Below, piece after piece: positions 51,377-60,275 of a stretch of DNA of 64,000 nt (positions are counted from its first letter, which is position 1; each line of letters begins with the position of its first letter). The notes under the pieces are model-generated. The model saw only the letters and a list, made by a program, of their open reading frames with translations, was not told where the DNA came from and searched no databases. This DNA comes from a virus. Lineage: Duplodnaviria > Caudoviricetes. Position numbers and translations under genes: made by a program. The stretch spans positions 64,001 to 128,000 of the IMG/VR virus record IMGVR_UViG_3300042888_002988; one strand, written 5' to 3'.

Positions 51377-52239
51377 TGAGCGTATTCCGCAATGTCCGAA
51401 TCTACCCCAAGCACGGCGACCGAGAAGCCGCGGTGACGTGGGAGCTTGAGAACGGCACGCCGGCTGGCAACGTCTACTTGGCGTTCTCCCCGACCGGCAC
51501 GAAGGGATCGTGGGAGGAGCTGAATCCGAATACGCCTGTGGCTTCGTCGCTGGGCTTCTACCAGGACCCGAGGTTGTTCATGAACAAGGGATCGGCCGAC
51601 GGGTTCTACCGTTTGCTGCTGATCGCCAACAGCACGGACTTCATGTCCGAGCCGTTCCAGATCATGGGCGACATCACCCGCGCGGAGTATGGCATCCTGC
51701 GCTCCATCATCCACCAGGAGTTCACCCAGATGCGCGTGACCAATGGCTTCCCCGTCTGGCACTGCATACCCCGGGAGCACGGTGACCCAGCTACGACTGT
51801 CGACCCCGACACCGGCAAGCAAGGCGGCGGTGAATGTGCCATACTGAATCCAGCTGATCGATCCTACGGCCTGCGCTTCAAGGGCGGCTTCTACACGCCG
51901 ATTCTTACCTGGATGCGCATCACGGCGCACAGCGAGGGACTCAAGGATGACCCAGACAAGTTTTCACCGGAGGACATGCTCAAAACGGCTGCGCGGCTCA
52001 TGGCGTTTCCACGGCCGGCCCGCGGTCACATGATCGTGGATCCCACCACCGACACGCGCTACCTAATCGGCGAGGAGATCAAGCCGTATCGCCTCCGGGG
52101 CGTCATGCCCGTTGCCTACAACGTGACGCTGGAGCATCTCAACCAGTCCGACGAACGCTACCAGTTCGAGCTGCCCGTCATCGACACCAAGCAGTATCGG
52201 CGCATCCCTTACTGGACGCCCAGCACTCTCACGCCATGA
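51376..52239 (+). CDS. Putative neck/head-closure protein
   Basis: N-terminal Ig/FN3-like beta domain; C-terminal beta-barrel-like region (PRPARGHMIVD...RYLIGE) in the neck position. Confidence 0.5.
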   Translation: MSVFRNVRIYPKHGDREAAVTWELENGTPAGNVYLAFSPTGTKGSWEELNPNTPVASSLGFYQDPRLFMNKGSADGFYRLLLIANSTDFMSEPFQIMGDITRAEYGILRSIIHQEFTQMRVTNGFPVWHCIPREHGDPATTVDPDTGKQGGGECAILNPADRSYGLRFKGGFYTPILTWMRITAHSEGLKDDPDKFSPEDMLKTAARLMAFPRPARGHMIVDPTTDTRYLIGEEIKPYRLRGVMPVAYNVTLEHLNQSDERYQFELPVIDTKQYRRIPYWTPSTLTP

Positions 52240-52904
52240 ACGATCGACGGGACGAACTACTGAAGGACTTTCTGGCTCACGAAGTGGAGACCACGGAAGA
52301 GCTGCTTCATTGCCTGGCCGGCCCGCCCACCGCGGACTCGTTCCGGCGCATGCTGCTGCTGTTCCTACGCGGCCACTACTCGTCGGCGGACAACTACATG
52401 GGGTTCGACCAGCTGAACTGCTTCATCTGGCACCCAGACGAGAAGCAGAGCAAGATGGCGGTGGAGTTCACGCACAACCCTGACGATCGCAAGCCAGACA
52501 ACTACCCCGGGGTGTTCGTGGGGTTTGCGGAATCCAATTTCCAGAAGGTCGCGATCGGCAACTTCGCCGGCAACTCGCAGGACTTGGCCGGCACCGACAA
52601 CTCCAAGGAAGCGGTGGCGGACTATGAAATCTTCCACGTTGCGAAGAAGCCGACCGACGCCTATGACCTCGCCGAACTGACCGCCCGGGTGCTGCTGGCC
52701 ATGGGGCCGGTAATGGCCAAGAACGGTCGTGCCACGGGCTTTGAGGTGCTGGGCATGCGGAAACCCGTCGAAAAGAAACCCGCGCCGACGAATCAATACA
52801 CTGTTGCCATCCCCGTCCGAATCAGCTACACTATGGCTGTCACCCGGAACTTAGAGTCACACCGAGTTCGAATGATTTCACAATACCTAGCCACTGAGAA
52901 ATAA
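52236..52904 (+). CDS. Putative tail completion/terminator protein
   Basis: 222 aa directly before the sheath gene; YPGVFVG and YTVAIPVRISY strands. Confidence 0.5.
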   Translation: MNDRRDELLKDFLAHEVETTEELLHCLAGPPTADSFRRMLLLFLRGHYSSADNYMGFDQLNCFIWHPDEKQSKMAVEFTHNPDDRKPDNYPGVFVGFAESNFQKVAIGNFAGNSQDLAGTDNSKEAVADYEIFHVAKKPTDAYDLAELTARVLLAMGPVMAKNGRATGFEVLGMRKPVEKKPAPTNQYTVAIPVRISYTMAVTRNLESHRVRMISQYLATEK

Positions 52905-52916
52905 ACAAAGACTGTC

Positions 52917-55766
52917 ATGATCACTCCATACGTTCGTCCGCAAGACACCATCACGCAGATCCTTCAACAGACCGCTGTGCGCGCTACTTCGCGACGCAAC
53001 CCAGTGGTCATCGGGCCCCAATACGACCTGTATCTGAACGATGGTCGCGACCTGACCGGGGCTTATCGGGCATTCTCTAACACCGGCCTTACCGGCGCTC
53101 TCTACACCGACGAAAACGGTGTTGCACTGGATCTGAATCGGGTGACTCCTCAGACGGCAGGTGCGGTGCTCTACGGCGATCAGCTTGAAGCTCTCGTCGC
53201 TTCTCTCGGCTCTGGTGTCATGACTCTGGATCCGCTCGATCCCACCTCCCGCACGATTCGCATCGCTGCGAACAACCTGGCGGGCGTGGGTGTGCTCAAC
53301 TCTGGGTTGGATGGTCGGGCTGTGCGTGTCGGTGACTCTGTGGCGCTTGGCTGGAGCGCCACTCTACCAGCGGCGAACGGAACTACCCGCCGCAAGGTGG
53401 TCGGCCTCGCCGGCAAAGTGACCGCAGCCAGCGTTGCAGGCAACGCGACGAATGCGGTGTCGCCGCTGAACCCCACTACCGTCGCCAGCTTCAGCCTCGC
53501 CACTCCGGTTACTTCTGCCACCACTGCCGGTATCAGCGCGGGTGCGGCCCCAGTTCTAGCTGCGGGCGATATCGACCTCATTCGCGCCGCTGGTAAGATC
53601 CTTCTCGTCGGCACGGCCTACAAGCTTACTGACCAGCTGGAAATCGTCTGCAAGACCGGCGGCGGACCAGTCGGCGCTGTCTTCACCGTCACGTCGCTCG
53701 TTACTGGCTTGACGCAAGACATCGCATCCAGCGGTACCGCCCCTAACTTCACCATCTCGCTCACCACGCTTGGCTACAGCGCAACGGCCGCAGTGACCAT
53801 CTCTCGGACTGGTAACATGTTACCAGGCGAGCGCTGCCGCTTGATGCTGCAGCCCATCTTCACTCCGGCCATCACCGGTTTCATCCCCGTCGCCGGCACT
53901 TACACGCCGACTGTCGATCGTCGCTACGCCATCGAGGTTGTGGCCACCACGGGCAGCACCGAATACGACATCAAAGTCTATGACGTCACCGGCGTCGACC
54001 CCGAGGTCACTTACACCGGCGTTGTCGCTTCTGGCGCGCTGGCTCTAGGCACTTCCGGCCTGACCATCAACCCTGCCGGCTCAGCGGCCGGCGTCTGCAA
54101 AGGCTTCATCTGGTATGTGGACGTGGTCGCCGCCAAGATCTCAGGCACGGAATTCACCGGCTTGGTGCTGGACGGCCCTGCGGTGCCTACCGTCAGCGTC
54201 GCGGCTTCTGTCGCAGGCGGCGGCGTGATCACCCTCACTTCTACCGCGATCCACCAGGTCTTCAGCGGCGCGTTGAATGACACCCACACCCCCGGCATCG
54301 ATCCAATCATCGTAGCCGGCGCAACGACCTGGGCATACGCAACCGGTATCGGTCTGTCGAGCACTGCGGCCGGACGCACCAGCGCAGCCTTCAGCCCGTT
54401 TGCTACCGTATTCGGATCCGTCTACCTCACCTTCAAGGCGCTGGTCAAACCGATCGCCAATGAAGGCGTCATCGAGATCAATCGCGAGGTCGATCTTCCG
54501 GACGACGTCGGCGAGACGAGCACGGAGAACTGGCTCGGCCGTGGCGCTCTCGAAGCGTTCCGCGGTAACCAGAACCGCGTGGTCTATGCTCTCCGCACCG
54601 GTGGCGACACCGTGGAGGACTTCCGCGTGGCGCTCCGCAAGATTCAAACGACCGACCGTATTTACGCTTTGGTCGGCCTGACCGACAACTTCGACGTGAT
54701 GACCCTGATCCGGGATCACTGCAACACCATGTCGAATAAGTTCAACAAGAACTTCCGCCGTGCCTACTTCGGGACCGATTCCCCAGGTGCCTACGTCTAC
54801 TGGGGTGTCCTTCCAGGCGGTGGTTACCGCACCGGTGACCTGGCGTCCTCGATCGTCACGCTGGCGGCCGGCTTCCGGAGCACTTCAAAATTCACCAACG
54901 CCGACGTTGGGTCCACCATCACGGTGCAGTCCATCGGTCAGACCTACACGATCCTCGAGCGGTTGTCGGACTTCGAAGTGCTGACCAACGCACCGAACGT
55001 GCTGACGGCTACCGGTTCGAATCTCATCCTGACCCGCTCGGACACCCCGGCCAACGCCGCTCTGTTCGTCAGCGACCGTAGCGTCGCCCTCGGCTCGCGC
55101 CGGGCGGTCAACGTCTGGTGCGATGATCCGACGATTACCGAAGGTGGTGTGTCGAAGGTCCTCCCGATGAAGTTTGTGGCCGCCGAAATCGCCGGCCTCC
55201 GTTGTGCGCTTCTCCCGCAGCAAGGCCTCACGATGACCGAGCTGAAGTCCGTGCAATCTGCGCCGTCGATGTATACCGCCTACGATCCGGAGGATCTGGA
55301 CGCGGTCGCAGCTGCCGGCACCTTCATCATCGTGCAGGAGTCGGAGGGCGGTGACGTCTTCATCCGTCACCAGCTCACCACTGGCACCGACGAAGGAGCC
55401 CTGGCATACGAGGACAACGTCGGCGTCATCGTCGATGAGTTCTCCTACGCCGTGAAGGACTCGTTCCGCTCCTACATCGGCCGCCGCAACGCGACGCCCG
55501 ACACCATCGCCGAGATCGACGACAAGCTCAAGGCCTTGGCCACCGACTTCACACAGGTCGAGCTGGTCAACCGCGATGTCGGACCCGCTGTTCTCGCCTT
55601 CTTCGACGAGAAGGGCAACGAAGGAGAAGTCACTGTCCGCCAAGACGGCGACCTCGCCGACACGCTGATGACTTACGTCAAGCTCCGCGTCCCGCTTCCG
55701 CTCAACGGCCTCAACCACTACATCGACGTGGAGGTTGCGGAATTGCTCGCCAGTGAGGACAACTAA
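52917..55766 (+). CDS. Contractile tail sheath protein with large inserted beta domains
   Basis: N-terminal YVRPQDTITQ; C-terminal sheath blocks (AAEIAGLR, LDAVAAAGTFIIVQE, IRHQLTT, EDNVGVIVDEFS, SYIGRRN); followed by a tube-sized gene. Confidence 0.85.
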   Translation: MITPYVRPQDTITQILQQTAVRATSRRNPVVIGPQYDLYLNDGRDLTGAYRAFSNTGLTGALYTDENGVALDLNRVTPQTAGAVLYGDQLEALVASLGSGVMTLDPLDPTSRTIRIAANNLAGVGVLNSGLDGRAVRVGDSVALGWSATLPAANGTTRRKVVGLAGKVTAASVAGNATNAVSPLNPTTVASFSLATPVTSATTAGISAGAAPVLAAGDIDLIRAAGKILLVGTAYKLTDQLEIVCKTGGGPVGAVFTVTSLVTGLTQDIASSGTAPNFTISLTTLGYSATAAVTISRTGNMLPGERCRLMLQPIFTPAITGFIPVAGTYTPTVDRRYAIEVVATTGSTEYDIKVYDVTGVDPEVTYTGVVASGALALGTSGLTINPAGSAAGVCKGFIWYVDVVAAKISGTEFTGLVLDGPAVPTVSVAASVAGGGVITLTSTAIHQVFSGALNDTHTPGIDPIIVAGATTWAYATGIGLSSTAAGRTSAAFSPFATVFGSVYLTFKALVKPIANEGVIEINREVDLPDDVGETSTENWLGRGALEAFRGNQNRVVYALRTGGDTVEDFRVALRKIQTTDRIYALVGLTDNFDVMTLIRDHCNTMSNKFNKNFRRAYFGTDSPGAYVYWGVLPGGGYRTGDLASSIVTLAAGFRSTSKFTNADVGSTITVQSIGQTYTILERLSDFEVLTNAPNVLTATGSNLILTRSDTPANAALFVSDRSVALGSRRAVNVWCDDPTITEGGVSKVLPMKFVAAEIAGLRCALLPQQGLTMTELKSVQSAPSMYTAYDPEDLDAVAAAGTFIIVQESEGGDVFIRHQLTTGTDEGALAYEDNVGVIVDEFSYAVKDSFRSYIGRRNATPDTIAEIDDKLKALATDFTQVELVNRDVGPAVLAFFDEKGNEGEVTVRQDGDLADTLMTYVKLRVPLPLNGLNHYIDVEVAELLASEDN

Positions 55767-55804
55767 TGCTACAATCCTTCAGCAACTTCTAACTATCGAT
55801 CACC

Positions 55805-56248
55805 ATGAAAGACGTCTTCAGCTACGACAACAACATCAAAACCAGCGGGCAAATTGCTTCCGCTGACTTTGCCCGGGTATCCGTGAAGGCCGGCGGGGGA
55901 CGCAACTCCCTTGTCCAGTCCGTGGATGTGCAATATCGCCAGCAGATCGAGGAGGTCACCCAGGTGGGCTCCACGCAGATCTACTGGCTGCCTGGGCGCC
56001 CTCAGGGTTCCATCACCATCGGCTCGCTTGTGGGATCGGAAGGATTCTTCACCGACTGGAAATCGCCTTGCGGCCGTATCGACACTGCTTCCATCAGTGT
56101 CGAAGGTGGTAAGTGCGACTTCGGCGGTCAGGGCTCTCTGTTCTTCTCCGGTGCCATCGTGGAATCGCTCAACGCGAACATCCAGACTGGTCGCCAGACG
56201 ATCACTCAGGGCGCACAGATCCGCACGGCTGGCATGCGCGCCGCTTAA
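55805..56248 (+). CDS. Tail tube protein
   Basis: 147-aa beta-rich protein after the sheath gene (LVQSVDVQYRQQIEEVTQVGS..YWLPGRPQGSITI); terminator follows. Confidence 0.75.
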   Translation: MKDVFSYDNNIKTSGQIASADFARVSVKAGGGRNSLVQSVDVQYRQQIEEVTQVGSTQIYWLPGRPQGSITIGSLVGSEGFFTDWKSPCGRIDTASISVEGGKCDFGGQGSLFFSGAIVESLNANIQTGRQTITQGAQIRTAGMRAA

Positions 56249-56286
56249 TTTCTTCCTCAAGCTAGGGACAGCAGGGGGACGAAGAG

Positions 56287-56321
56287 GTCCGCAGCGGGAT
56301 ACGTCACGCTGCGGACTTTTT
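56287..56321 (+). terminator. Rho-independent terminator
   Basis: GTCCGCAGCG-N10-CGCTGCGGAC followed by T5. Confidence 0.8.
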
Positions 56322-56327
56322 GCGCTC

Positions 56328-56365
56328 TTGATAAAGACGCCGCAGCCGATTAAAGTCGGCCTATG
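56328..56365 (+). promoter_or_regulatory. Sigma70-like promoter, leaderless geometry
   Basis: TTGATA-N17-TAAAGT-N6-ATG(56363). Confidence 0.6.
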
Positions 56366-58990
56366 GCAGAGAGCACCCGCAAACCAGGCGATGGATTCCC
56401 GGACGTAAAGAAGTCGCGCAACGCGTCTGCCACTGGGGCACACAATGCAGAGCGTCTGGTGCCTGGCGCGACCTACACCGCCCAGGTTCAGGCTCGGCAA
56501 GGAGATGGCACCTATTCGGTGACCACTGAGGATCCAAAGCAGGAGGTGCATGGTGTGCGCCTGGCCGTGCCAGTGCTGGGTGGGTTATACGGACTGAAGA
56601 TTCGCTGCAGCTTGCCGCAATACACCAAGGTCAAAATCGCTTACGGAACTCCTTCGTTCATCTACGCTGTGATTCCAGAGAACAACACCGACTGGTTGAA
56701 CGCGCAGACGCGTTCAATTCTGTGGGGACCTGCGATGGACAAGGAACAGGGCGTGACCCTGGACAACTTCTCCGACCACGCCGAGGATCTCTTGGAGGGC
56801 GAAGTTGAACTCAACAACATGTTCGGTATCGCGCTGGAGTTCCTGACCACGCTGATCCGTATGAAGGCCAGCGACCGCGCGGCCGTGGAGTGCCACCTGA
56901 TCAATGACATGGTGCGCGTCATCTCCGCTCAGTATCGCCACATCAGCGGGCTCGGCGAGGATCTCATATTCGACCACGGCCGGCCCACGATGGAGCGCAG
57001 CTGGTCGATGTATCGTCACGAGGTGCTGGGCATCGCGAAGGAGAAGGAGCCGTTCGCTAAAATGAACGGCGACGAGGTAGACCGCGAAGATCTGGATGCC
57101 CGACGAGTTCTCGGGTTGGGGCGGAAGCGCCTGCACGAGTTTATCGGGTTCGCCGGTGACTTCATCCACAGTTTCGTGAGCGATCCGGCGAAGACAATCG
57201 TGTCTCTAGGAAGTCCATCTTCGGCTGCGTCTGGCGCCGGTAAGAGCTGGCTGCACCGCAACAGCGACGGGTCAGTCATTATCCAGTCGACAGCGGACAT
57301 CCGCATCGAGCGCACCTGCCGTATCCCCGTGGCCTTCCGCTATCAACACCACGAAGATCCTGAGATCACGAAGGGCCGAGAGTATGACGCGCTCACGAAG
57401 TCGTTCTTGGAGCTACCGAAAGCGCTCACGCCTGCCGATCCGCTGGATATCTATCAAGCCGCCTATCATATCCGCAGTTACTCCCGTTGGCTGGGGCGCT
57501 ATCACGCGTTCGCTCGCATGCTGCAGCTGGACCAGGAGTATCACGTGCCAGCGGAAGCAGATTCCCCGGCTCCGGACTGGCGGAACCGGGAAGCTGATCG
57601 CGAGGATGCCAACGGCCGTGCCACCTACCAGGACGACGTCACCGGCGACAAGGTTCTCTACTATGATGCCTACGCTTGTTTCGCGATCCATCGCGACGGA
57701 TCGATCGTGGTCTACGACGGCTATGGCGGAGCGGTCACCATGAGCAACGGCAACATTCAGATCAGCGCGACCCGTCACATCGACCTGGAGGCCGCTGGTG
57801 ATATCCGCATGGTGGCCGGCGGCAGCATCCTGATGAAGGCCCGCCGCAACATCGAACTGAATGCAGTGCTGGGAGGTATCGTCATGGCCAGCTACTCGTG
57901 GTTGAAAATGATCTGCCTGCAGGGGACGTTGTGGCTCCGGTCGAATGCGGTCACCGACAAGGAGGAGCCCATGCCAGAGCCCGCCGAACCGGGCATGCCG
58001 TTGCCAGAGGTGGCCGGCAAGGTTCACATCGCGCCTGGCAATCCCGACAACGCGCACGGCGCCGCCATCCTCATCGAGGCCGCCGAGGGCCATGCCATCT
58101 ACAGATCGCAGATGGGTGCGGTGCTGGCTGTGGACGGCTCACCCAGCGACACCAACGACGACAAGTTCAACCTCACGGTGAGTACGAACGGCGACCTGGA
58201 TCTGCGCGGCAAGCGGGCGGCCGACCTGCGCTCTAGCCAGCAGACGCGCGTCGCGGGCGGCACGAACCTGCTGCTCTCATCACTGTCCCTGCTGTCGGAC
58301 GCCAACGAGCTGCTCATCGGCCGCAACCTGGACGCCCCGGATCTCATCCTGCGCAACAAGCTGCTGTGGTGCCAGCGCATGTATGCTGGCGATCTGGCGG
58401 GCGGGCGCATCACCGGTCCGGAGCGCGGGCCGCGTGTGCCGATTCCCGATCCGCAGCGCGAAGTGCCGCTGAAGCATCACATCAACCACATCGACGTGTT
58501 TCCCAAGAACATCGCTCCCGCGCCGCCTGAGGGAGCCACGGACACGCAGAAGGAGCTCATGGCTGCCGCTGCCATGCTACCGTCCTCGCCGGCCATTCTG
58601 CCATGGAAGTCATCAGTCGATGGTCCGCTGTGGGCGTTCCCGCCGTCGGAAGAATACGTGTGGGACAACCGGGAGAAGACTGAGGGTGGCCTCCCGGAAA
58701 CGCTGACCCAGCAGCACCTGCGTCTTGACGCCCTGACGTCGGGCACCGACCGGTGGGGTGGTGCGGGCTACAAGACGTGGTCGATCAAGACTGGTATCAG
58801 TGGTAGGCGCATCAAGAGCTCTGGAGGCTTCGGTGCGAACGAGCTGCTGTATCGGGCCTCCGACGAGGGTGAGAGCCTACACGAACCATCCTCTACGCCG
58901 CCCTCCGGATTCGCTGACGTTCAGATCGAGTGGAAGCCAATCATCAGTCCCACGTTACAAGTCTTGAAACGCGCCGCAGAAGGCCCATAA
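56363..58990 (+). CDS. Putative baseplate central spike (gp5/VgrG-like OB fold plus beta-helix repeats)
   Basis: N-terminal OB-like strands (YTAQVQ..GTYSV...GVRLAVPV); short beta repeats (GNIQISATRHIDLEAAGDIRMVAGGSILMKARRNIELNA). Confidence 0.6.
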   Translation: MAESTRKPGDGFPDVKKSRNASATGAHNAERLVPGATYTAQVQARQGDGTYSVTTEDPKQEVHGVRLAVPVLGGLYGLKIRCSLPQYTKVKIAYGTPSFIYAVIPENNTDWLNAQTRSILWGPAMDKEQGVTLDNFSDHAEDLLEGEVELNNMFGIALEFLTTLIRMKASDRAAVECHLINDMVRVISAQYRHISGLGEDLIFDHGRPTMERSWSMYRHEVLGIAKEKEPFAKMNGDEVDREDLDARRVLGLGRKRLHEFIGFAGDFIHSFVSDPAKTIVSLGSPSSAASGAGKSWLHRNSDGSVIIQSTADIRIERTCRIPVAFRYQHHEDPEITKGREYDALTKSFLELPKALTPADPLDIYQAAYHIRSYSRWLGRYHAFARMLQLDQEYHVPAEADSPAPDWRNREADREDANGRATYQDDVTGDKVLYYDAYACFAIHRDGSIVVYDGYGGAVTMSNGNIQISATRHIDLEAAGDIRMVAGGSILMKARRNIELNAVLGGIVMASYSWLKMICLQGTLWLRSNAVTDKEEPMPEPAEPGMPLPEVAGKVHIAPGNPDNAHGAAILIEAAEGHAIYRSQMGAVLAVDGSPSDTNDDKFNLTVSTNGDLDLRGKRAADLRSSQQTRVAGGTNLLLSSLSLLSDANELLIGRNLDAPDLILRNKLLWCQRMYAGDLAGGRITGPERGPRVPIPDPQREVPLKHHINHIDVFPKNIAPAPPEGATDTQKELMAAAAMLPSSPAILPWKSSVDGPLWAFPPSEEYVWDNREKTEGGLPETLTQQHLRLDALTSGTDRWGGAGYKTWSIKTGISGRRIKSSGGFGANELLYRASDEGESLHEPSSTPPSGFADVQIEWKPIISPTLQVLKRAAEGP

Positions 58991-59013
58991 TTTCCACACA
59001 GCAAACCAATACC

Positions 59014-59880
59014 ATGTCCAAGCACAAACATCCCGACACCCAGCCGCCAGAGCCCGACGAAACTCCAGCCTTCGACAGCATCTTCGATGGCGAACCTGAA
59101 ATGCCAGAACCTGGCGCTCATCGCCACGACGAGAGCGGCGAAGATCCTGCCGCACCTACGGTTACTACCGAGGACGGACACCTAAAAGCCAGCGTCCCGC
59201 TGGGCGACGTCAATCCCTACGACCACTCCGCGGAGCAGGACGCGATCGAGGAGAAGCGCAAGAAGGACGGCACCGCCCCGCCGCCGTTACCTGACGACGG
59301 CTTCACGCCTCTGCAGAATCCCAACATGATGCTGAACCCCACCGATCAGCTCATGGACGAGATGGAGCGCCGGTTCCAGATGGAGCTGGGCGACAGCAAG
59401 GTGAAAGTCACCGCCGCGGACCGCGACGCATTCGTGCGCTCCGCCCTGCTGGACCAGGAGATGGTCTTTGTCATCGAGGTCGAGGGCATCAATGCCACGG
59501 TCAAAGTCGCAATGGCCCCGGACGAGTTCACCAACAGCGCCGCCGCGGCCGTAACCCAGTGGGGCAAGGACGGATTCATCGATCCGGAAAGCCAGCTCCA
59601 GTGGCTCCTGGCGTTCCAACAGATACACGTGTGGTATCAGGTGCGCGAGATCAACGGTGAACCGACTCCCTGGTCGGACTACTGGGTCGATGGCCTGCCG
59701 ACGATCCGGGACATGCGCGCGAAGATGCGCGACCACGAGAGCTTCACGCCATTCTTCCAGATGAACGCGGTGAGGTGGCGCATGCTGCTGGACGCGGTGC
59801 GCACCGCCGAGCTCAAGTATAAGATCTGCCTCCAGAACTGGAAGAACCGGTCTTTTTTTACTGGGGCAGATACCGACTGA
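59014..59880 (+). CDS. Putative tail assembly chaperone
   Basis: Acidic Pro-rich N-terminus, two genes upstream of the tape measure; slippery site near the 3-prime end. Confidence 0.6.
   Translation: MSKHKHPDTQPPEPDETPAFDSIFDGEPEMPEPGAHRHDESGEDPAAPTVTTEDGHLKASVPLGDVNPYDHSAEQDAIEEKRKKDGTAPPPLPDDGFTPLQNPNMMLNPTDQLMDEMERRFQMELGDSKVKVTAADRDAFVRSALLDQEMVFVIEVEGINATVKVAMAPDEFTNSAAAAVTQWGKDGFIDPESQLQWLLAFQQIHVWYQVREINGEPTPWSDYWVDGLPTIRDMRAKMRDHESFTPFFQMNAVRWRMLLDAVRTAELKYKICLQNWKNRSFFTGADTD
59853..59859 (+). other. Candidate -1 programmed ribosomal frameshift site
   Basis: T TTT TTT (X XXY YYZ phase); the -1 frame has no stop and runs into ORF 59880-60275. Confidence 0.6.
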
Positions 59881-60275
59881 TGGTAGTCGCCTATCTGCGT
59901 GGAGTGCTGCGCCCAAACCATCCCTTCGGCTCGCGATCGTTCACCACAGAGCAGATCGTGCTGGAGTCGCTGAGCGCCGAGCGCTTGTCCGACAACATGC
60001 AGGCGGAAGTCATGGCCGACCTCTCACTGATCCCGGCCATGAACCAGAAGGGTGTCATCAGCACGGCCGAGCGCGCGAACAGCCGCCTGGGTCGCGCCTG
60101 CGAACTGAGGTTGTTCGACATCTACAAAGTCGCCGACCAGATCGCTGGACGCATGAAGCGTGACACGAAAAATGAACTCTCCCTGTATCAGGTCTACCAA
60201 ATAGCTGAGAAGTCTGGTATCTTCGAAGCGTTCGACGCCCATTACAGGGAAGAGGACTCCAAGCCGCTGCTATGA
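59880..60275 (+). CDS. Tail assembly chaperone, second (GT-like) part
   Basis: In the -1 frame of the upstream chaperone, with TGATG overlap; immediately before the tape measure. Confidence 0.6.
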   Translation: MVVAYLRGVLRPNHPFGSRSFTTEQIVLESLSAERLSDNMQAEVMADLSLIPAMNQKGVISTAERANSRLGRACELRLFDIYKVADQIAGRMKRDTKNELSLYQVYQIAEKSGIFEAFDAHYREEDSKPLL

